Made by a program: the position numbers and the translations under genes. This document shows positions 1 to 8,499 of a stretch of 64,000 nt of DNA, piece after piece. The notes beneath the pieces were generated by a model, which did not search any database, was not told the origin of the DNA, and was given only the letters and a program-made list of their open reading frames with translations. This stretch comes from Macrostomum lignano. Lineage: Eukaryota. How positions within the stretch are numbered: the first letter of the stretch is position 1; each line of letters starts with the position of its first letter. The DNA lies in assembly GCA_002269645.1 (NCBI GenBank), contig NIVC01001446.1, forward strand, positions 1 through 64,000. Reading direction: 5' to 3'.

Positions 1-464
1 GCTAAAAATACGGAGCCAAAGAGGATGAAATTTTGATGAGCCACCTGCTTATGATGTTGATCAAGCTCAATTGAGAGTTGCAGAGATTAGGGCTGCAGAT
101 CGGGGTAATCGGGTAGAATTTCAAGAGATGCGCCACGTAGTATTGCTGTGACAGATTTAGGTGTGGTAATTATCGAATTGGTGGAGTTGATAAAAATCGA
201 AATGAACTATATAGAATTGGGTGGAGCATTTAATATTATTACGAACCCTAGGGTAAATTTAACCCTGATTTATATACTAGAGACGAATTAGTAAGTGCTA
301 AAAATTTTTACGATGAGTTAGGAGTAGCCCATGTTAAAAATACCAGCTTGTATAAAAGGATTGTTAATTCTATAAATAACATGCCGGCTGTTGGTGAAGG
401 ATTTAAAACTCCTAGAAAACTTGTTTTAGCTGCCGCGAAAGCTGCTGGACATACAGGTATTTAA
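1..464 (+). pseudogene. Frameshifted 3' part of a Maverick ORF of unknown function
   Basis: Protein-like segments in shifting frames (FDEPPAYDVDQAQLRV; GKFNPDLYTRDELVSAKNFYDELGVAHVKNTSLYKRIV...GHTGI*, stop 462-464). Confidence 0.45.
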
Positions 465-491
465 TTAATTGTTAAATTTATTTTTTATAAA

Positions 492-1094
492 ATGGAATCT
501 AAAAAGATTTGTACTACGTGTAAAATTGAGAAACCGATGACTAAAGAATTTTTTTGTTGGAGAAATGACACAAAAAAAATTAAAAATCTTTGTCGATCTT
601 GTGAGAAAGTTAAATGTACTATGTGGAGAATAAACAATAAAGATAAATGTAATAAATATGCAAAAAATAAATATCGCACTGATGAAAATTACAAAAATAT
701 TAGTCTAATTAGAGGTAGAATAAATTGGGCATTGAGAACTTTTCATGACAAGCATTATATCTCCTATCTTGGTTGCACAAAAGAATTCTTTTTTGATTGG
801 TTAAATTTCACAAGAAATTATTATGTTCCAAAAAATTATACTGGAAAGTTAGATATTGATCATTTCATTCCCGCTTCTTCATTTAGTTACAAAGACGAAG
901 ATCAGATTAAAAAGTCTGAAAATTGGAGAAATAAAAGATACTTAACTAGCGTAGATAATAACTATAAAAAAGTTAAGCAACCAACCATTGAAGAATTTGC
1001 AAAACAATTGGTGCTTTCATGTATTTTTAAGGCTATTAAAAATGAGCGATCATGCGACGCATGCGAACCGAAGGTTCGAACAATTAGTATTTGA
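492..1094 (+). CDS. Free-standing HNH-type (homing) endonuclease with N-terminal Cys4 Zn finger
   Basis: CxxC...CxxC N-terminus; YLGC..EFF..WL, LDIDHFIPASSF, N-W-R-N and DN..K motifs typical of phage/NCLDV HNH endonucleases; own AT-rich upstream region (ttttttataaaATG). Confidence 0.8.
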   Translation: MESKKICTTCKIEKPMTKEFFCWRNDTKKIKNLCRSCEKVKCTMWRINNKDKCNKYAKNKYRTDENYKNISLIRGRINWALRTFHDKHYISYLGCTKEFFFDWLNFTRNYYVPKNYTGKLDIDHFIPASSFSYKDEDQIKKSENWRNKRYLTSVDNNYKKVKQPTIEEFAKQLVLSCIFKAIKNERSCDACEPKVRTISI

Positions 1095-2648
1095 AGGAGG
1101 ATTGTTAGATGTTCAAAAAGGATTAACAAGCTTACCACCAATCTTTACTACTGGAAGGTATACAAATGAATTACACATCCCGTCTTACAACTTCGCAGGT
1201 TAACCCGTGGCCTGAGTGAGGAAGGCAATGTCCTTGCTAGTCACTATTTGTGGCGACACCTTCAAATTGCGCGAAACCCGTCATACAGCTTCAAGTACCA
1301 CTTCAATTGAGAAATCTTTTGAAGGAACAGAGGTAACTCCTCTTCCCAAAGGTAACAAGCTTGAAGACACGGTGGCAATGCGCAGCCAAGCTCCTAAGTC
1401 GGCAGATATGGAGAAGGTTCAGAGAGCAGACGGAGGTGGGCGGTAATTTATCCGCTTAAGGTGTGCTCCAGCCTATTTCGAAAGATTTAGGGCAAACTGC
1501 CGGGTACTAGGTTAGATTTGAGATTAAATCCTGATAATACACCAAAAGCCGATTCAATTCCCATTAACGGTATTGATTGGTTAGCATACTATCATGACTT
1601 AGCATACAGAGATGCTGATAAGAACTCACCCGAGGAAGCATTAAGATTAAAACATGAAGCTGATAGAAAAATGATTCAAGGATTAGATAACTTACAGGGG
1701 TTATCGGTAAGCCAAAGATTAACTCGGTGGATGGTTAAAAAAATCTTACAGTCTAAAGTTAAATTTGGATTGGGAATTAATTACAATCAACATGGAAATA
1801 ATTGTGTTGAGTGTTTATTATTAAGTGGCGGCGGGTTAAGTTCTGATGAGGCAAAGATTCTTCATAAAGAATATCGAAAACCTAAATTTTATAGAAAAAT
1901 CATGAACTTCAAAAAGAATGAAATTTGGTATGCTGATTTAATGTCGATGCCGAACGAAAGAGGATATAAATATATCTTAACCATATTAGATGGTTTTACT
2001 CGATATGCGTGGGCTGTTCCTTTAAAATCCAAAAAAGGAGAGGATGTTGCGGCTGCTTTTAGAAGTCTTGGAGAAAAAAGTGAAAGGTTGTGTGTTGATG
2101 AAGGAAAAGAATTTTACAATCCTCATATGTATAAATTATATCATTTTGAAAAAGGACAAGAAAGGAAAAAAGACGCGAATGGGGAGTATATTAATAAAAT
2201 TTATTCTATTTACGGCGAAAGTAAAAACGCATTAATAGAAAGATTTAATCGAACTTTAGGTAAGAAATTGTGGTTTCAATTTAGTCTGAATGGAAATCAA
2301 AAGTGGGTAAAAATATTACCAGACGTTGTGAAAGATTATAACAATTCATATCATTCGGCTATAAAGATGACTCCTCAACAAGCTTATAACAATCCTGAAA
2401 AAGTTAAAGTTACTTTTGGAGAATTTGAAAAAAAGAAAACTAAAGGTTTTAAGGTTGGTGATTCTGTTTATATCTATAAATGGAAAGATAAGTTTGAAAA
2501 GGGAAGAAAAGGATATTGGAAAATAAGTGAGAAATTTACTATCAGTAAAGTTTTAAATACCAATCCTACAACCTATATAATTGCTGATAAGGACGGTGAA
2601 GAAATATTGGGTTCTTTTTATGAGAACCAGCTAATGTCTGCGAACTAA
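1042..2648 (+). CDS. PLA2-like domain fused to Polinton DDE integrase; join(1042..1200,1500..2648), about 435 aa
   Basis: Spliced junction reads ELHIPSYNFAG|PGTRLDLRL followed by IDWLAYYHDLAY and HEADRKM (parvovirus VP1u/adintovirus PLA2 motifs); integrase WYADL, CVDEGKEF, IERFNRTL and C-terminal FKVGDSVYI...YENQL; start codon position uncertain. Confidence 0.88.
1201..1499 (+). ncRNA. Group I self-splicing intron, subgroup IC1, 299 nt, no internal ORF
   Basis: P1 CAGGU(1196-1200)/GCCUG(1210-1214) with U.G at the 5' splice site; P3 1257-1263/1432-1438; P4 UGCGC/GCGCA; P5abc with GAAA loop; 11-nt receptor CCUAAG(1393-1398)...UAUGG(1407-1411); P7 1422-1428/1464-1469; P8; P9.0 AG/CU; omega G1499; removal restores the reading frame. 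Confidence 0.95.
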
Positions 2649-2658
2649 GTTTGAACAG

Positions 2659-2883
2659 TTACTTAAGACAACAGGGTAGTAAATTTTTTATAACAAACAA
2701 AAACAATATTATTACTATTATTGTTACTAAGATTATTATTGACATTTGTTCAACAGATATCAAACTTAAATTTTGATTAAGTTCATTAACCGGCACATTT
2801 CCGATGTAGGAATAATTTACCTTCATTTTTTTATATATATTTTTCATAATAAACGTCGTTTCTGTTATAGAATAATAATTCAT
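2659..2883 (-). CDS. Small single-pass membrane protein of the Maverick, start uncertain
   Basis: Hydrophobic SIIILVTIIVIILFLFVI then KNLLPCCLK*; convergent with the integrase stop. Confidence 0.45.
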   Translation of the reverse strand: MNYYSITETTFIMKNIYKKMKVNYSYIGNVPVNELNQNLSLISVEQMSIIILVTIIVIILFLFVIKNLLPCCLK

Positions 2884-2898
2884 TTTTTAAATATTTTT

Positions 2899-3213
2899 TT
2901 ACATAAAAATTTCAATTTCATTCTCAGAATCACTGGTTTCATATGAACTATTTGTTGATTCGGAATCTGTTGATCTAACCTCCCAATCATCCGAATTTAA
3001 ATAATCTCCAAGTTGAAATATTAACTCTCCCTCTTGTTCTAAATCATACATCTCATCTAACTCTAATGGATAAAGTTTTAGGTCATGTTTATCGTCATAT
3101 TTTAAATAAACTTCATCAATTATTCCGTTCAAGATATGTTGTTTTATTATCTCTGCATTTTTAGCAACAGTCTCAAAAGTATCACTAACAGAAAAGGTGT
3201 AAACTCGGGTCAT
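2899..3213 (-). CDS. Acidic 104-aa Maverick protein of unknown function
   Basis: Intact ORF with AT-rich codons, ATG preceded by aaaa, Ser/Glu-rich tail. Confidence 0.55.
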   Translation of the reverse strand: MTRVYTFSVSDTFETVAKNAEIIKQHILNGIIDEVYLKYDDKHDLKLYPLELDEMYDLEQEGELIFQLGDYLNSDDWEVRSTDSESTNSSYETSDSENEIEIFM

Positions 3214-3303
3214 TTTTAGTAACAGAAAAAGACCCTTCGCGCCTGCGGCGCGTGCGACGGGTTATAGAGAGTTTGTGTGTATTGGGGAGAGTTGGAAGCG
3301 TTG

Positions 3304-3552
3304 ACGATACAAAATAGCCAGCAAACCAAAGCGTTCGACGAGAGCGTGTTCTCACCATTCAAAGAGAATTAATCGTTGTAAGTGTGAAATGACTTGTTTG
3401 ACCGAAATGAAGCGAGGATGAGCGAAGCGAGTTGAGCGAAGTGAAGACGAGCGAAAATGAAGGGAAAACAAGTCATTTCACACTGATAAAGGGTTAAATT
3501 GTTTGCAATGGTGAGAACGGTTTGCTGGCTATTTTGTATCGTATATACTACT
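3304..3552. repeat. Maverick terminal region with nested internal inverted repeats
   Basis: Perfect inverted pairs 3304-3327/3519-3542 (24 bp), 3348-3359/3507-3518 (12 bp), 3381-3399/3466-3484 (19 bp); terminal ACTACT. Confidence 0.8.
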
Positions 3553-4497
3553 GGACTCGCTGACAACCTACCTGGATAGGAACAGTGATTTCTGCATTGT
3601 CAACGTCAGCACAGCCAAGTCAGTAGATGTGCAATACGAATATGTGGAGCTCCGAGTTGCTATGTAGGTTTGGTGCTCAGGTTCTTTTCACTTTGTATTC
3701 TATGCTGATAGGCAATACAAGTTTGTCATGCATTTCAAACTGCAGCGAAGGACAGCATTCTGTCGTGAACCTCATGCTGCTCGCCATCTCCTCTTTGGTA
3801 TTCCGATTGCCGCCGGAATGCGGCGAGAGAATGTCACTGAGCGTCACCATCGTGCTGTCGATGTGCGTGTTCCTGCAGCTCACTGACAATTACATACCAA
3901 CTCAAGGAGATTCTGTACCGCTGCTCAGTGAGTGTCGCGGCCGGACTCTTTTATTTTATTGAGATTAAAAATAGTGTCTGTTGAATAAGGACCTGCTCCT
4001 GTGAAATTCTGCAGGCTGGTACTTCAGCATCGCGGTACTTCTGACCATGGCTAATCTGGTTGCTAACGCCTTCGTTCTGAGTTGCCACTTTGAGCAGTTT
4101 TCTGAGCATGCTCGAGTCCCCAATCGTCTGACTCGGCTGCTGTTTCTCAATAGATTCGTCTGCGGGCGCCGATTTTGTCGAGAGCCGTCCAGAAGTAAAA
4201 ATTTTAACAGTGTTGCGCAACGAAGCTCCATCGGAGTAAGTGTTCGTTTACTGCTAGTGCCGTTTTATCAGGAGAAGCCAAACCAAATGTGTCACGGTCC
4301 CACAGGTCAGTGATGCTGACAGCAAAGAAATGAGCGACATCTCGTCGCGACGAACCGTCAACTTCGACTCGCAGTTGGAGCAGCCTTCGCGTTGCCGGGC
4401 CACTGATGTCAACAGCTGGAGCGCTGTCGTGGCCACTGCTGACCGCTGCTTTTTCGCGATCTTTTTCGGCCTGACGCTGGCTTAGATTCTGCTATGA
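3553..4497 (+). pseudogene. Cys-loop receptor subunit copy 1, 3' half, interrupted by the Maverick
   Basis: DSLTTYLDRNSDFCIV matches copy 3 DSITKYLARNDEFCI; TM1-TM2 exon 3746-3927 with small deletions; TM3-TM4 exon from 4015 with a frameshift near 4305 and TAG at 4483-4485. Confidence 0.85.
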
Positions 4498-5083
4498 GTA
4501 GCGTGTCTGTCTGACAGTTAAAAAATAGTTTCTTGAGTTTAGCTAATAATATATCCTTGGTGACATACTTCTCATACTTTTTTTGGCAGCCATAGGCCTG
4601 CAGCTGCCCCATCAAAATGCTTTAATTTTTAATACGCACTCCACAACAAAACCTAATGCGAGTGAGCCACCCTCTGTGCAATTAGTGGTCTGTAACTACT
4701 TTGTCAATTACGTAAATGGGCTTTGAGCAACGTAGAGGTAATAAAACCTACTTAGCTGCTCCGTAGCGTAACTACCTGCAAACTCTATTTGTCAAAAATT
4801 CAATAAATAGTCTTAACTCTTTTTATAAATTTTATTATCTCAATTTGTCTTCGCATCCAATAATAATTGCCCCTATCGGGTTGTTAACGGGCAGGAATTT
4901 ATTGGCTGCAGCTCAAGCTGTCAACGCTTTTAGAGGTTTTAAAAGAGAAATAATTACCGAGGCAGACTCTACCGGGATGTCCAAGTTGGCTGGGGAAGTG
5001 GGGAATGGAGGGGCTGCAACTGCTGGATAAATAATGAGCCCAAACCACCTGTCTGAGCCGCGTCCAGACTCCAGCTCATTAGC

Positions 5084-7550
5084 ATGCCGCAGTCTCCGCT
5101 ATCAAGCTTCATAGTTTTCTTGCTCTGCCGTGCCGCGGCGGCTGCCTCAGTGTCCCCGGATGAGGCCCTGAAAACGGCGCTGAATTTAAATTCCGACTAC
5201 AACAAAGACGTCCGGCCGCCACCGGACAACGGCTCAGCCAACTTGGTGACCGTCTTGTTCAACTTGAAAAGCCTGGCTCATGTGGTGAGTACTTCGGCTT
5301 TGTCGATTTTTTGTGAGAACAATGTTGAATTTTCGAGCAGATCGTGAGCATTAAATTATTTCTAACCAAACAATGAAGGACTCGGCAACGCAGGAGATCG
5401 TGCTGCAACCCTGGTTCAATTTGGTACGTGACTCATTCTTTTTATTAGAGGCAGGGGGGTTGTGTGCACCCTGGCGCAATTTAAGCGACATAGGCACACA
5501 ACCGGCGAGAGGCATTACTGCCCATTCCGCCGATTCCCCTGAGCAGGCATACAAGCGCGCGGATACGTTACGCAGGCACACACTCACACAGGAGTGTACA
5601 GCGGCACCAACATTATTTATTGTTAGGCATGTACACTTCACTGCGCCTTGGGGGGGTTGGCTCTCAAGGCCGTTAATTGCACAAGCGAGCCAAGCCAAGA
5701 TTCCAATCCAGCCCCAAATTAATGTGGCTGCACTTGGAATCGAGCCTGGGTCGCGGCACACCAGAGCAGCTGCGCTACCGCTGGGCTACGGCCCCCCCTG
5801 TACGTGACTCATAAGTTCAGTGCTGCCGCAGAGACATTGACATATCGAGTTTTATTGCATCATACTCACGGTGCAGCCATGAGCTATCGATTCATTTAAT
5901 TTGCACTTTCACTACAGTACTGGCGAGACAGCCGCCTGGCCTGGAAAGGAAAATTCAACTCTACCTTCGATAACGTGAGCTCCATTTTTGTACCAGCCAG
6001 TCTGCTCTGGCAACCGGATGTGGCCTTCTGCAACCTGTAAGTGCGACACTTTTTCCTTGGGCTTGATCATTCCTATGCAATTGCAGCCATACCGCTTTGA
6101 CAAGTCTCCCAATGGCACCCCGATTGTTCTCTTAGAGAAACTTCAAGATAATGGACTAACGGTGACATTCATCTAATGGTACTCATGTTGACCTTTCTCA
6201 TACTCACCTTTCAGCCTGCACTTCCGGCGCACCTCCAGCGATAAAGTTTTCCTGACTGTGAGCAGCGACGGCATGGTGCTGTTCCTTGTTGAGCTGCTCT
6301 CCAGGTCCAAGTGCGAAATGAATATGGCCAACTTTGCCTATGACACGCAGATCTGCCACCAGCGCGTATCTTCAGTGGTGCACACGAGAAAAACCACTGC
6401 GCATCGAGCCTGGACCACCTGGAATCACGCCTTCCCTCTTCAAGAACCACGACTTCTGCGTGATGAACGTCAGCGTTTCAAATTCTATCGATAAGTGGAA
6501 CTAAGATATTGTTCAGCTGCAGGTGGAAATAAAGGTAGAAACTTCTCAGAATTTGGTTGAGTTGGAACGGGGATCAGACGCTTTTTGTGGACTCCCCTTT
6601 CATAGTCCCCGTTTTATCGCAGAGCCAGTTTCACCTTTGACACTTTCAGCGTAAAGCACTATTCTACTTCATGAACCTGATCATTCCGAGTCTCGTGCTG
6701 CTCTACATCTCTACCCTGGTCTTCTGCCTGCCGCCCGAGTGCGGAGAGCGAATATCATTGAGATTCACCATCGTGCTGTCTATGTGCGTGTTCCTGCAGC
6801 TCAGCAGCAACTATATGCCTCCACAGGGGGACTCTGTGCCTCTGCTCAGTGAGTTTCGAACTAATTTCACTCCAACACTTTGTTCGCTGATAGTGAACTA
6901 CAGACTGGAATATTGTGACTCATGACCTATTTGTCCTCCTCCAATTTCCAGCCTGGTACTTCAGCCTCGCGGTCTTTCTGACAATGCTTCACTTGATTGC
7001 CAACATTTTCGTACTGAGCTGCTACTTTGAGCATTCGTCCGAGAATGAGCATACCAAAGTCCCAGGCCGGCTAACGCGACTTCTGTTTCTCAATAAGTTT
7101 GAATGCGCCCGGCTGCAGTGCAGAATGTACTACCAGGTTCGAAACCACGGCGAAACCGCCGCTGTACGGAGCTCGGTGAGAGTAAGGGAGATACGGAGAC
7201 CTGGGTTGGATTTTGTTAAGCCTGCCAAGCCTGTGTCGGATTTGGCAGACCTGCAAGTTTCTGTGTCCATTTGCGGTTAAAAATTGGCACCCCATTCGCA
7301 GGAATCCAACGAGAGCGAGTTGAACGTCGTCTCGCCCAGGCGACCAGCTACGCCAAGTCAACCGCAGGCGGAGCAGACTCCGCGTTACCGAGACAACGAC
7401 CCTCGCAAAGAATGGATCCCCATTGTTGCCGCCGCCGACCGCTGCTTCTTTGCTGTCTTCTTCAGCCTGAAGCTGGCGCTGACGCTGACGCTGTTAATCC
7501 TGGAGATCACGAACTCGCGGACCAACTGCGACATGTCGAGTAATGATTGA
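5084..7550 (+). pseudogene. Cys-loop receptor subunit copy 2, probably disabled; exons 5084-5284, 5379-5423, 5918-6036, 6215-6534, 6650-6848, 6952-7550
   Basis: Signal peptide, WRDSRLAW, WQPDV, Cys-loop CEMNMANFAYDTQIC, LPPECGERIS; frameshift in A-run 6389-6393, in-frame TAA at 6502-6504 and 7278-7280. Confidence 0.85.
5437..5799 (-). mobile_element. tRNA-derived SINE (family 1), full length
   Basis: Minus-strand head with A box TAGCCCAGCGG and B box GGCTCGATTCC; A-rich tail; 13-bp TSD GTACGTGACTCAT at 5424-5436 and 5800-5812. Confidence 0.85.
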
Positions 7551-8499
7551 AGATGAAGAGTTGTGAAGAACTGGGCAGTCACGACCACGAAGTATTTTGG
7601 ATTAACAGAGACAACTTCGAGTTACAGATGGACTTTAGATAGTCGGAAGAGTATATCCGAAGAAGGAATATTTATTTATCCTAGGAAACCGCAATGAATA
7701 CTATATTTTTAACAGCTGCACAAACTACTACTAGTGCTACTCGTTGCAAATTAACCTACAATAGGAAAGTCCTATAAAATTCTATCACCTTTGACGCAAA
7801 AGAAGCATCACTCACTGACTTTGATGCACTTTTTGGGATCAGCAAAAAGCGGTCATGCTGATTTTATTAATTGAAAGTTTTTGAGCCAACTGACTATGTA
7901 GCTCGTGTCAAAGCAAACGGACAGATTTTATTTGCTCAGCGAATCTCTGTTTGTTAATAACTATCAACGATTGACTGAAAGCTCAAATATGAATAGGATT
8001 ATGAAAAGATTCTGACAGCGGGCCACAAGGCTTGAATCAGAGAGAATGAGTAGAATGCGTTTAGACTCTCTGGGAGCTAGCGAGGAGAAAAACAAAGAAG
8101 AGAAATTGGCACATAAAAAGCAGATACCTGCAAAGACAGGCGATTTAACGTGCAGAAAACGTACAATTCTGAACATTGGAAGGGTGGCCCAGGGAGAAGC
8201 GTGATGTTATATAACGATATGCATATATGCAGTTTTAGTGAGCCACGACCAAATTTGATGGAACAGAGTGCTTTGCCAAGCAAGGTCGGGCCAACGGATC
8301 CGGGCAGAAGGGTAAACACTGAGGCCAGGGATGTGGAACTGACTGAGATGAGTGGATTCTGAGGGATAGACGAACGGAAAGCACTGCCACTAAAAAGTAT
8401 ATAGGATGGCCTGCATGACCAGTGGTGGATGCAGTTAAACCCACAAGACTTCAGCTGAAATTCTAAGCAATTCCGTGCGACCAGGGCTACTGATCTCAC

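Larger units (their letters stand above)
1..3552 (+). mobile_element. Right end of a Maverick/Polinton (adintovirus-like) element; left part lies outside the window
   Basis: AT-rich block with compact ORFs lacking spliceosomal introns; retroviral-like DDE integrase plus PLA2 domain; ends in Polinton-type ACTACT (3547-3552), after which host Cys-loop exon sequence begins abruptly. Confidence 0.9.

Noticed and set aside
492-1094. HNH ORF as part of a second group I intron
   Set aside because: No P/Q/R/S core elements found around it; only two small hairpins at about 1050-1080; treated as free-standing
1216-1446. 76-aa ORF inside the group I intron
   Set aside because: Overlaps the ribozyme core, has no nuclease motif, and starts at GTG; incidental
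5726-5799. tRNA gene
   Set aside because: A and B boxes are present but the acceptor and anticodon stems do not close; it is a SINE head with body, tail and TSD
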